Source: Candidatus Aenigmatarchaeota archaeon (GTDB taxonomy: Archaea > Aenigmatarchaeota > Aenigmatarchaeia > GW2011-AR5). From it: a stretch of DNA of 64,000 nt. The stretch's first letter is position 1; each line of letters opens with the position of its first letter. Below, piece by piece: positions 1-9,104 of this stretch. Made by a program: the position numbers and the translations under genes. The stretch spans positions 185,208-249,207 of the forward strand of contig JACQID010000004.1 of the NCBI GenBank assembly GCA_016198685.1. The letters run 5' to 3'. The notes beneath the pieces are model-generated. The model made no database searches. It was not told where the DNA came from and saw only the letters and a list, made by a program, of their open reading frames with translations.

Positions 1-115
1 TTTCCATGCTATCCGATAGCGAAGGCAGGGAGGAGCTTGCAAAAAAGATGGCAGTATTTATGGGATACTAGGCATCTGAAAATGATTTATAAGTTTTGCA
101 TGTATACCTTAAATT

Positions 116-532
116 ATGAATCCCGTGCCACAATACGAGTTTACCAGTTTTCTTGCATGGAAATTAGATGAAATGGGAGTCCGGTATTCTATAGAAAGGA
201 AACCCGATGATCAATGGGACGGTGAGTATATTACCTTCCGGTTTGAGAAGAACCCGAATGTTCAAAGCATACGGGTTAGGATAATGGGGGAATTTTCTCC
301 TGACGCATTTAGAAGTATGGGAGCATATTCTCAAATGGCGAATGTTGAAGCAGGTGGAGAACCTGATGAACTCATTGATTCTTACAAGCTCGAAATAGGT
401 CAAAATATCATTAGTACGCCTATTCTGCAAACTTATGGCGAAAAAAGCCGCAATATGGAGGAAGAAAGGTTATCACTCCTATATGCTCATTGGGAAAGTT
501 TTCTTGAGGATGCATTCAGGTCCGTCCAGTAA
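116..532 (+). CDS. hypothetical protein (138 aa)
   Basis: Longest ORF in this region with no motif I recognise. The overlapping antisense ORF 164..430 looks spurious. Confidence 0.35.
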   Translation: MNPVPQYEFTSFLAWKLDEMGVRYSIERKPDDQWDGEYITFRFEKNPNVQSIRVRIMGEFSPDAFRSMGAYSQMANVEAGGEPDELIDSYKLEIGQNIISTPILQTYGEKSRNMEEERLSLLYAHWESFLEDAFRSVQ

Positions 533-833
533 ATACTGCATTTCATTTCTCTGATTATTGCATTCAAGTCCGGAAATTCTTAAGTATTGCAGGCGGTCAT
601 CACTCTATATGCACAGTATGGGGGTGCCTTGATGGGAAAGAAAAAGTAAATTCTCTAAAATAATCATATAGAATCGGTGAATTTTTTCTTTTTTGTTTTC
701 CTTTATCGTGTTTTTGTAAGACCATATTCAGATAACACGTTCCAATTTTTGTGGGATCATCGTGGTTTTTGCGTTTTTTATTTTTTCATTGAATAGTAAC
801 AATATTTTATGAGGTGATTATGAGGGGGCGCCT

Positions 834-941
834 ATGAAATGCCCGCGTTGTTCAAATGAGATGGTCAATGACACAGGACTCATCTACTGCAGAAAATGTA
901 ATTATTTCTGGGAAGATTATAAGATTGATCTTATGAGCTAA
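834..941 (+). CDS. possible small zinc-ribbon protein (35 aa)
   Basis: ATG at 834 and TAA at 939-941. MKCPRCSNEM...YCRKCNYF carries two CxxC pairs. It is below the ORF-track length cutoff. Confidence 0.3.
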   Translation: MKCPRCSNEMVNDTGLIYCRKCNYFWEDYKIDLMS

Positions 942-969
942 GTAAAATTTTATCCTGAATCATAAGACA

Positions 970-2100
970 TTACTCTATCAATTTTTGTGCATTGCCGTAC
1001 GCAAATTTTTCCTGAACTGAAATATCAAGGCGTGCGATGAATGCGCGAGTGTAAGTATTCAACGTAACTGCAACGTCTTCGTCCAATGACCAAGGGGCAC
1101 TCCAGCCTCTGTCAGTCCCCCAGAGAACCTGGTCCGGATGCCTTTCTATAAAGCCTTTCCACGTTGCAACATCCTGCGCAAGAAGCAGTTCAGGATTATT
1201 GAAGTGTTGTAGGAATTGCTGTTTGCTAACTTGTGGTCTCAATAGCCATGTGTCGCCATAAAGTTCGTCCACGCCGTAGTAGGCATTGGAATGCTTGTAT
1301 AGTATATCCTCTATCTCCGATAAGTTCTGCCCTTCACCGCTTCCGGCTATGAGTTGGTCTCCGTGCCAGATGAAATTTATATCCGGATTCGCTTCCAGCA
1401 CGCGTTCAAAGCTTTTTTTCTGCCCTTCTCCAAGGTGGACATACACAATGAGATTGTTTCGTCTCACTACAGGATAGATGTCCGTAAGTCTCTCTGAATC
1501 CGGAGGAAGCTCGGCTGCCCCGCCTTGACGTGCATATAGTCCTATCTCGCCATACCCTTGAAACATGCCTGGGTAAACTGAAAGCATTTCTTCAAGGGCG
1601 CCTGCCTTGACTGTAGGATAGCCGCCAGGCGAGTTGTCGCTATCAGGCGGCATTATGAAAGGCACGAATCTTCCAGGATATTTTCCCAGCGTTTGATTGA
1701 CGATTGCGAGGGAATCTGTTATTATCGGATCCCATACGGGAAAGAATGCAAAGACCTTGCTCGTGTTTTCCTGATCCATCATGCAGACATAGTCTCCCAT
1801 CCTGAGGTTCACTCCCATCAGAGGATGATCATTTTCATTCGGCTGTCCGAAAACCGGCCCGTCAGGTATCGCCGCTATGTGTATGTGCGTGTCTATCATA
1901 GGACCTTTATAGTACGAATCGTTCAATGCGGGTACCTGAATTAATGAGCAATTCGATTCTCCAAAAACGGCCTCGATGCGTTGATCCCCTTCAAAATTTT
2001 GCATTATCGATTCTGGTATCGTCTCTGCAAAAAGTAGTGTTCCTATAATAATCAACAAAAGAATTATGCCTATTATTGCATGATTTTTTGGCATTTTCAT
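970..2100 (-). CDS. membrane-anchored amidohydrolase-superfamily metal-dependent hydrolase
   Basis: N-terminal hydrophobic anchor (AIIGIILLLIIIGTLLF). DTHIHI is an HxH metal-binding motif typical of TIM-barrel amidohydrolases, and VHLGEG and WGTDRGW segments follow. Confidence 0.55.
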   Translation of the reverse strand: MKMPKNHAIIGIILLLIIIGTLLFAETIPESIMQNFEGDQRIEAVFGESNCSLIQVPALNDSYYKGPMIDTHIHIAAIPDGPVFGQPNENDHPLMGVNLRMGDYVCMMDQENTSKVFAFFPVWDPIITDSLAIVNQTLGKYPGRFVPFIMPPDSDNSPGGYPTVKAGALEEMLSVYPGMFQGYGEIGLYARQGGAAELPPDSERLTDIYPVVRRNNLIVYVHLGEGQKKSFERVLEANPDINFIWHGDQLIAGSGEGQNLSEIEDILYKHSNAYYGVDELYGDTWLLRPQVSKQQFLQHFNNPELLLAQDVATWKGFIERHPDQVLWGTDRGWSAPWSLDEDVAVTLNTYTRAFIARLDISVQEKFAYGNAQKLIE

Positions 2101-2259
2101 TAGTCTATATGACTGCCTCTTATAAAGATATATGACCTCCCCATTTTTTGAATAAAAATTCTAATAGGTACATGGCTTTTCCGAAGGGAGAAAAAAATAA
2201 TTTATTAACAAATTGCCGGATTAATAAGGAATTTTGTATCCTTTGCAGCTAATTCCTCT

Positions 2260-3132
2260 TTATTGCCTGGAAGACCGCATTTCATAACTAATCAGAGGAT
2301 GCGTCTTTGCAAGATTGAGCCATCGTCTATCCGGAACCGCCAAGCCTTCTTCTGTCATTATATAGGGGCCGGATTCAAGGGCGGATCTTATTTGATGCCT
2401 GTATTCTTGCGGCAATTCTGCGCGGCCTGTAATCCGCACATTGTTGTCGCCTGTCTGCATATCTACGCCAAACGAGTTGTTGCCGTCATTGAAATACTCC
2501 AGTTGGAACGCATCATTTGTATATGGGAATGCGACTTCTTTTGGTCTATATCGCCTATTTGTGTTATGTTCCCAAATGCGTCCGTTTGACGCAATTTGCA
2601 GTAATTGGGCCGGACCGACAACATAGATCATGGCGAGTGTACTGCCGTTTGGGAGCCTGCCGGATTCTACTTCTTCATCATAGTGATAGGCTACTGAATT
2701 TGGATAAGTGCCGTTTGCCACGTTGTTAAAATTAATGTATGCCTCTGGATTCTCGGGATGAAATGCGTTTGAGGTATCTGGAAGTATTCCTAAGATTGCC
2801 TGGGTAATGACGTCTCTGCCCCTTTGTGACGTATGAATGGACATTACATCTCCAAGTATCTGGATTGCATACGCTTCAGTTGGGGTGAAAGTTTCTTGAT
2901 TCGGCGGTATGTTAACGCCAGGGAACATACGCTTTGCGCCAATAATTGCATTATTCGCGTATGCGATGATCATGTCATGGATATCGCTATTTTCCTCATC
3001 AAAGTTTTTAACTGGGGCAGTCAGAATGTCAAATTCCAGAGGCTTATAATGCCGGGTTTTGATTTCATAGCCTTCGGACAGCAATTTATCGATTAGCGAT
3101 CCAAATCCGTAATCTCTTGTTCCGTCGGGCAT
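2260..3132 (-). CDS. hypothetical protein (290 aa)
   Basis: Long ORF with no recognisable motif. Several short plus-strand ORFs inside it look antisense and spurious. Confidence 0.45.
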   Translation of the reverse strand: MPDGTRDYGFGSLIDKLLSEGYEIKTRHYKPLEFDILTAPVKNFDEENSDIHDMIIAYANNAIIGAKRMFPGVNIPPNQETFTPTEAYAIQILGDVMSIHTSQRGRDVITQAILGILPDTSNAFHPENPEAYINFNNVANGTYPNSVAYHYDEEVESGRLPNGSTLAMIYVVGPAQLLQIASNGRIWEHNTNRRYRPKEVAFPYTNDAFQLEYFNDGNNSFGVDMQTGDNNVRITGRAELPQEYRHQIRSALESGPYIMTEEGLAVPDRRWLNLAKTHPLISYEMRSSRQ

Positions 3133-3547
3133 GTTATCGGCAAAAATTTAACAGAAGACTATTTAAAACTATAAAATTTAACTACTTTTAAGAAATAACA
3201 GTTTATCCACCGGCTAGTTGGAATAAGCGTGCATTGCAAGAAAGTCCAAAATCAGATAGGAATTTGAGTGTCAACATAGAAGCGGTCGCCATTTATGCTA
3301 ATAAGCTTGTGTAAATTACTTGCTTGATGACTGATTACGCACTGTCACTAAAAAAAGCGCGAGAGTTTTCTCAAGCGAACACAAATTATGCATGGAAAAT
3401 ATCTGGTGGCGAAAAAAGGAGGAAGATGTTGTCAGATGGCTTTGATAATGTAGTTTATGCCGCCAGTGCAGTCAAGAATAAGTCTGATAAGAAATAGAAT
3501 GCTCATGAATTTCTCGAATTTATATAGGCATTTAATCGTTTTGAATA

Positions 3548-4144
3548 GTGACAATTATGAGAAACGGAAGAAGGGTTAGTTCATTCAACGAATACTTGGA
3601 AGCCTTGCCGCCAAAAGAAGCTCATATGGTAGCACAATACAGAAAAATCGCAGGCGTATACAATCTTCTTTGGCATGAAATCACGGTCAGAACATATAAC
3701 AGCGAATGGAGAAAGGACGGCGTAGGCAGTTGCGGGATTGATAAGGCAACATCCGAAGACTTGCTGGAAGGAAGTTGCGGAAGTAATATAATCTCACTTC
3801 GTGAGAGAAAGAATTACGAGACTCCCGGCCGGAGCATGGCCTGTCCCTATCATAGACCGGATAGAGGCTGCATTCTTGAAGAGCTTAAGAGTCCAAGATG
3901 TCTTGACCATGTCGATTACCGTCATGACGCTGAAATAAAGGAGAGATTTGGCATAGAAGTTCCTGAAATGAGAACGGCGCTCAGAATAATTCAGCTTGGC
4001 GGAAGGAATCCCAAGGAAGGTGACTTTGAACTGAAGCCGCATCTGAATGATGATTTTGTTGAAGAAACATATAGGCAAACGATGGAAATAATAAACCATG
4101 TCAGGAACTTTCCCGTGCTGCATCCAGAAGAACTGTTAATATAA
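3548..4144 (+). CDS. hypothetical Cys/His-rich protein (198 aa)
   Basis: ORF containing a CPYHRPDRGC...CLDHVDYRHD cluster that suggests metal binding. No family recognised. Confidence 0.4.
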   Translation: MTIMRNGRRVSSFNEYLEALPPKEAHMVAQYRKIAGVYNLLWHEITVRTYNSEWRKDGVGSCGIDKATSEDLLEGSCGSNIISLRERKNYETPGRSMACPYHRPDRGCILEELKSPRCLDHVDYRHDAEIKERFGIEVPEMRTALRIIQLGGRNPKEGDFELKPHLNDDFVEETYRQTMEIINHVRNFPVLHPEELLI

Positions 4145-4191
4145 ATGCCCCATTATTCATGAGTGCAAAGAATCCAGACATTAATACTTGG

Positions 4192-4203
4192 ATCCCCTGA
4201 CTG
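4192..4203. repeat. candidate distal att half-site (ATCCCCTGACTG), a direct repeat of the tRNA-Tyr 3' end
   Basis: Exact 12-nt match in direct orientation to 19098..19109 (discriminator, 3' acceptor stem and start of the T-stem of tRNA-Tyr). It lies in an intergenic gap. Confidence 0.4.
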
Positions 4204-4286
4204 GGCAGAATGCGGCTATTCTATATGCTTCTCCTGTTTTTTGTATGGCTGGCAGAGTATTTAAAAATCAAAAAGCTGGTTAATCT

Positions 4287-5486
4287 ATGAAGAAGCTATT
4301 AGTTTTGTATTTTTTTATAGCACTTTCTGCTGTAAGCTATGCCGAATGTAGCTATTCTGCTTCAATAGAGACGGAGATTGAGGCTTTAGATAGTCAAGGG
4401 ACAACAAACTATCAGTTTCCTACTTTCCGAGAAGATGATTATCTCGCCTTAAAGTGGTTAAGAATAAGAAACACTGGTAATTGCACCTTAGAAAACCCAG
4501 AGTTTTTATTTCAATTACAAAACAATATAGAAGAAAAGGACGAGGTATTCTGCTTTGTCAAGAGTGTATTTACAGTCCCAGAAAACATAACGCCCGGAGG
4601 CATTTATGAAATTAAGAGGTTGCCCGATAAGTTTCAATATAACTACCAAGACTCTTCTGGAAGAGAAAAAAGCTACTGTCCTGAAAAGCTTGACGCACCC
4701 GGCAGATGGGAAATAAGCATAAAGCCAGACCCTCTTAGTCATAATCCGACAAACCCAGGTGGTTATAGTCTTCTGATTCACGGAAGGCACGTATCCAACT
4801 CAAGCTTTCGGGTTTACAGCAGTCTTGAGTTGAGTTTAGCAGACGCAGCCAAACAGTCCAATTTTCTTGCTCAAGTGGCTATAATGGCAGCTTTTTCGGC
4901 CATAATAATAACAGTTGGATTGGAGCGATGGAAACAAAAAAAGGAAGAAGACAAACACAAGGAAAAACAAGTTAGCTTGCTAAAATCATTGGCCTTTGAG
5001 ATAAGTCAAATAAAAAATAACTCGGAAAGTTTTGACAAAATATTCAAACTAAACGAAGAAAAAATAATGAAGAAATATGGACAGGTTGTAGTATCTCAAT
5101 ATCCAATAAGAGCACTGGATGCAGCATTTTACATAAGAAACTTAGATGAGAAAATAGAAGGAAAAACCACTGCACTTTTGAAGAGGAACCTTATGAGACT
5201 TGAAGATAAAATATGGCTTGTAAATGATAGCTGGCTTCAAGTAAAAAATGCTATGGTCGGTAAAGATTTAGACCATGCTAAATATGTAATAGAAGAATTC
5301 TATAAAAAAATAGACACCCGCTATGGAAAGACTGGAGGCCACGCAAAAACAGATATGGATAATTTAGTAGAAATAATACAGGATTTATTAAGAAAGCGCT
5401 TTGGTATATCAGAGCCTTTGGTTGAAGAAGAGGTACTCTTTGAACTAATGAAACAGAACTCCTATGAAGAAAGGCCTACATCGTAA
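4287..5486 (+). CDS. hypothetical membrane protein (signal peptide, central TM helix, C-terminal coiled-coil-like region)
   Basis: N-terminal MKKLLVLYFFIALSAVSYA signal-like segment. Hydrophobic helix VAIMAAFSAIIITVGL is followed by a lysine/glutamate-rich region. Confidence 0.45.
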   Translation: MKKLLVLYFFIALSAVSYAECSYSASIETEIEALDSQGTTNYQFPTFREDDYLALKWLRIRNTGNCTLENPEFLFQLQNNIEEKDEVFCFVKSVFTVPENITPGGIYEIKRLPDKFQYNYQDSSGREKSYCPEKLDAPGRWEISIKPDPLSHNPTNPGGYSLLIHGRHVSNSSFRVYSSLELSLADAAKQSNFLAQVAIMAAFSAIIITVGLERWKQKKEEDKHKEKQVSLLKSLAFEISQIKNNSESFDKIFKLNEEKIMKKYGQVVVSQYPIRALDAAFYIRNLDEKIEGKTTALLKRNLMRLEDKIWLVNDSWLQVKNAMVGKDLDHAKYVIEEFYKKIDTRYGKTGGHAKTDMDNLVEIIQDLLRKRFGISEPLVEEEVLFELMKQNSYEERPTS

Positions 5487-5521
5487 ATATTGCAAATTCC
5501 ACAAGATTCCCGTCAGGAGCA

Positions 5522-6199
5522 TCAGCGAGGCGGTGGCAGGGCATATAGTGAAGGTTTGCCCGGTGTCTTCACAAGGTGTCCGTTTCGGACAAGATTCTCC
5601 AAACGCCTATAAAACGCCGTTTCTGACAACCCTATGTATCTGGCATCTTTTGTTGTGACAGAACCCCTCGACCTTACAAAATCAAGGATAGCAGACTCAG
5701 TGAGATATTTTCTTAAAGGAGTAGGCGTAGGGGAGAGCATACCCTTATGGAGAGTGTCCATAGAGGCCATACTGGAAGGAACTTTAATGTGAATATCATT
5801 GTAGCCTCTGCATCCTCGTGAACTTATCCAGATGGGAATTTCTCCCATTTGAGTAACTCGTAACGTAAACCCCACTGTCCCATGAAAACGCCGGAAATGA
5901 GCTCCCACTTCAGGAGTCTTCAGTTTCATACAGAACATCTTGTAGGAATCTGGGCCCAAATGCTTTTTCATAACTTTCTTCACCTCATTTTCATCCAAAT
6001 CCGTATCAAACGTAACCCGTCCATTAGCGAGGGAAATCATAACCTTGCCTACAGACGGAACATGAAAGCAAACATTCTTTGCCCTGTCCTTGGGAGACGG
6101 TTCTTTCTTCGTTGCGTATTCTTCCCACGTTTCCGCCAAAAGTGCTGAAGCTTCTTTTTCTATCTGCGAAACGTGCCGGAAGCCGTGCTTTGACCTCAT
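5522..6199 (-). CDS. hypothetical protein with C-terminal winged-helix-like DNA-binding domain
   Basis: The C-terminus ILDFVRSRGSVTTKDARYIGLSETAFYRRLENLVRNGHLVK has an HTH/wHTH pattern. Its start overlaps the stop of 6196..6477 by 4 nt. Confidence 0.45.
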   Translation of the reverse strand: MRSKHGFRHVSQIEKEASALLAETWEEYATKKEPSPKDRAKNVCFHVPSVGKVMISLANGRVTFDTDLDENEVKKVMKKHLGPDSYKMFCMKLKTPEVGAHFRRFHGTVGFTLRVTQMGEIPIWISSRGCRGYNDIHIKVPSSMASMDTLHKGMLSPTPTPLRKYLTESAILDFVRSRGSVTTKDARYIGLSETAFYRRLENLVRNGHLVKTPGKPSLYALPPPR

Positions 6200-6477
6200 A
6201 TTTCAGCCTCCTTTAAGACGAGATAGTGGTATGGTCGTATCTCCAGCATTCCCATCTGGCGCATAAGCTTTAGGAATTGGAAGTGCGACTTTTTCGGTAT
6301 CCGATAAATTGCGCCCAAGATGTGATAAGCCTGCGAGAACTTCAGCTTGCGGTTAGCCGGGTTGTCTTTTGTGGCTTCCTTAAGCAGGCGTTCGTGAACA
6401 TTGACAAGATACTGCCGGGGCAATCCGTCACACTTAAGAGCCGTCAGTGTATTCTTCTTCATAGTTAAGACCGTCAC
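6196..6477 (-). CDS. hypothetical small protein (93 aa)
   Basis: ORF coupled by a 4-nt overlap to the downstream gene 5522..6199. It is divergent from the gene at 6585. Confidence 0.4.
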   Translation of the reverse strand: MTVLTMKKNTLTALKCDGLPRQYLVNVHERLLKEATKDNPANRKLKFSQAYHILGAIYRIPKKSHFQFLKLMRQMGMLEIRPYHYLVLKEAEI

Positions 6478-6584
6478 GAGGCTTTCTCTTGGTCTCCTTC
6501 AGCCATCCCTGAAGGAGCGCCATTGTTTTCTCCATGCCGTCATAGAGGTTACGCCGGTTTTAAGATGTTTTTCACACAAATCTG

Positions 6585-7364
6585 TTGATGGAAGATTTGC
6601 TAAAGGGTTTACCTCCAGATGGCGAAAAAGAAGTAGCTAATCATTTTCTGAAATATGGAAAGTGGATAGGCAACGGAGTAGAAGCCAAAAGAGTGCGAGA
6701 GAGGGCAAACAAAGAAAATATCATAAACTGCCTTAAGGATATCAGGCTTCTGCTTAAATTTGTAAAATCTTCAGAAAGGGATGAAATAGAAGGGGAAATT
6801 TTGAGGCTATTTGTGGTAGCAAACGAAAGCGAACTTCTAAGGAAGTTAAGATATGACCCAAAGTCTATGTTTAACATAGACCGCAATATGAGAATGACAC
6901 CTGCAGAAACGCTTACTTCTGTGCTGATAGATGTTGGAATTGACGACCCGCAAGTCAGGGTATACATAAAATTAAAATTATACAAAGACTTACAAACCGA
7001 CATAAAAGCGGTTACAATGTTTAATCAAATGAGATATGATAAAAAATACACACGACTTAAAAATGTCTTTCTGAAAGTAGTTGACGACATGATAGCCAAT
7101 GGCATGCCAAAGGCGCCATTGCCTAAAGATGTGCAAAGGCATATACTCAACAAGCTTATTTGGACATATAATCTTTTGGAGTTGTCGGACGATAAGAAAT
7201 TTGTTTACCTTACGCCTATAGGAACAAGTCTTTACCACCCTCTTGAATTACAGAAAAAATGGACGAAACCACTGAAAAGGTTTGACAAAGATGCTTTTGA
7301 TTCTGGTTTAAGAGCCGCCATTGAAAAGTATCTGCAAGAAATAGGAAAAAATAGTATAAATTGA
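6585..7364 (+). CDS. hypothetical protein (259 aa)
   Basis: First gene of a tightly packed plus-strand run (6585-9014). No motif recognised. Confidence 0.45.
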   Translation: MMEDLLKGLPPDGEKEVANHFLKYGKWIGNGVEAKRVRERANKENIINCLKDIRLLLKFVKSSERDEIEGEILRLFVVANESELLRKLRYDPKSMFNIDRNMRMTPAETLTSVLIDVGIDDPQVRVYIKLKLYKDLQTDIKAVTMFNQMRYDKKYTRLKNVFLKVVDDMIANGMPKAPLPKDVQRHILNKLIWTYNLLELSDDKKFVYLTPIGTSLYHPLELQKKWTKPLKRFDKDAFDSGLRAAIEKYLQEIGKNSIN

Positions 7365-7365
7365 A

Positions 7366-7896
7366 GTGCGGCGCCCAGTCCGCCCTTTAGTAGGAAAAAT
7401 CCGTCACATTATGACTATTCAAGAAGCTATCATAGACAGAAGGCGTAAAGTCCTGAGCCTTTATATGAATAGATTCACGGTTACCGAAATAGCCCGCATA
7501 CTCGGCTGGAACAGGGACACGATAACTGGCGACCTTAACTGGATTCGCCGGGAGCACGAAAACGTAGACCTGAAAGGCGAGAACCCTATTACCGACTTTC
7601 TACTCAGGAACGCCGACCAGTATAAGCGAGCAGTGAAAGAATACAGGCATGCCGATAAGTCAATGGAACGCCTCCATGCCATCCGTATTATGAAAGAGTT
7701 GGATAGGGAAAGAATAGAGACAATCAAAAGTATAGGGATAGAGCTAAAGGTACCACAAACATTGGAAACACTGCGAAAAGAGAGTTTAGCGGAAATAATA
7801 CCTAAATTAATGGCAGATATACAAAAAGAGGAAGAGGAATGGCAACGAAAGAGGCAATCCGTCTTAGAAGGCAAAAGGTTCTCGCCCTGTCGCTGA
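7366..7896 (+). CDS. HTH-domain protein, paralogue A
   Basis: FTVTEIARILGWNRDTITGDLNWIRRE is an HTH-like segment. The protein aligns over about 110 aa with the next gene product. The likely true start is the ATG at 7411 (MTIQEAI). Confidence 0.5.
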   Translation: MRRPVRPLVGKIRHIMTIQEAIIDRRRKVLSLYMNRFTVTEIARILGWNRDTITGDLNWIRREHENVDLKGENPITDFLLRNADQYKRAVKEYRHADKSMERLHAIRIMKELDRERIETIKSIGIELKVPQTLETLRKESLAEIIPKLMADIQKEEEEWQRKRQSVLEGKRFSPCR

Positions 7897-8285
7897 ACAA
7901 GGTCAGCATAGACCAAATAGCCCAAAGGCTCGGCTGGGACAGGCATACCATCTGGAACGACATCGTGGCCACCCGTCGGGAATACGCCAAGAAGGAGCTG
8001 GAAGGCGAAGACCCTGTTACTGACTACCTAATGACGAATGCCGAGCTTTACAGAAAAGTGGCTAAGATAGAGAGGGAAGCCACGGACGACAATGTAAGGC
8101 TCCGGGCCATAAGGGAGATGCGGGAGCTCCAGAAAGACCGCTTTGAGAAGCTGCTAATTACTGGCATAGTGGACAAGAAGAAACCTGAACTGCCAGCGAG
8201 GAAATATATAATTCAGTGGGAAACTGACCCGAAAGAGAAAATGAAGGAAATTGTAACTGATGCCGAGAAGAGAGGAGAGATATAG
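7839..8285 (+). CDS. HTH-domain protein, paralogue B
   Basis: VSIDQIAQRLGWDRHTIWNDIVATRRE is colinear with paralogue A (RRxKVLxL ... GE(N/D)P(I/V)TD(F/Y)L ... RL(H/R)AIR). Its start lies 58 nt inside the previous ORF. Confidence 0.5.
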   Translation: MATKEAIRLRRQKVLALSLNKVSIDQIAQRLGWDRHTIWNDIVATRREYAKKELEGEDPVTDYLMTNAELYRKVAKIEREATDDNVRLRAIREMRELQKDRFEKLLITGIVDKKKPELPARKYIIQWETDPKEKMKEIVTDAEKRGEI

Positions 8286-8300
8286 GCACTTTTCACTTTC

Positions 8301-9014
8301 TTGACGCTCTCTCAACACATAAAAAGCCTTTTTCCCAGTAATTTTATGGCATTCCAACTCTCTCCTTCTTCTATCAACCTCATGTTTGAATGCGAAAAAT
8401 GCTTCTGGCTCCAGATAGTCAAAAAGGTTAGGCGGCCTGCTGGCATATTTCCTTCTCTTCCATCCGGGATGGACAGGATTCTCAAGCAGCATTTTGACCG
8501 CTTCGCAGCCAAAGGCAAACTGCCGCCGGAACTGAGGGACAACGAGCATACAAAAGGCATTGCACTGTTCAGTGATATGGACGCCTTGAACGTATGGCGG
8601 AATAACAGGAAAGGATTGACCTATACTGACTCTGGCACAGGCATCCTACTCAGAGGAGCAGTAGATAATATTCTGACGAAAGACGGCAAGCTTATAGTTC
8701 TGGACTACAAAACCCGCGGCTATCCGTTGAAAGACGATACCCATGAACATTATGCCAGCCAGATGCATCTGTATAATTACCTGCTGAAGCAGAACGGCCA
8801 CGATACCGAGGATTTCGCCCTTCTGCTTTTCTATCATCCTAATACTGTAACAGAAGCAGGAGAAGTAATCTTTAACACAGATCTAATAAGAATGTCATCA
8901 AACGCCCAAGAAGGCGAGAAAATCTTCCAGAAAGCGATAGGCGTCCTGCAAGGAGAGGAGCCGGACGCCTCAAATAACTGCGGATTTTGCGAGTTTCGGA
9001 GTAATGGCAACTGA
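8301..9014 (+). CDS. PD-(D/E)XK nuclease, Cas4/RecB-like, with Cys pairs
   Basis: GAVD...VLDYKTRG...QMHLYNY matches the RecB-family D / (D/E)xK / QxxxY motifs. It has an N-terminal CEKC and a C-terminal CGFC. The likely start is the ATG at 8346 (MAFQLSP). Confidence 0.6.
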   Translation: MTLSQHIKSLFPSNFMAFQLSPSSINLMFECEKCFWLQIVKKVRRPAGIFPSLPSGMDRILKQHFDRFAAKGKLPPELRDNEHTKGIALFSDMDALNVWRNNRKGLTYTDSGTGILLRGAVDNILTKDGKLIVLDYKTRGYPLKDDTHEHYASQMHLYNYLLKQNGHDTEDFALLLFYHPNTVTEAGEVIFNTDLIRMSSNAQEGEKIFQKAIGVLQGEEPDASNNCGFCEFRSNGN

Positions 9015-9104
9015 TTAAACTTAAGACAAACCGTAATTATAGTGATTTAGATAGCAAGGCGAAAAAGTTAAAGGAAGTTTGTAGAGGCTATAGAAGAGTG
9101 AATA

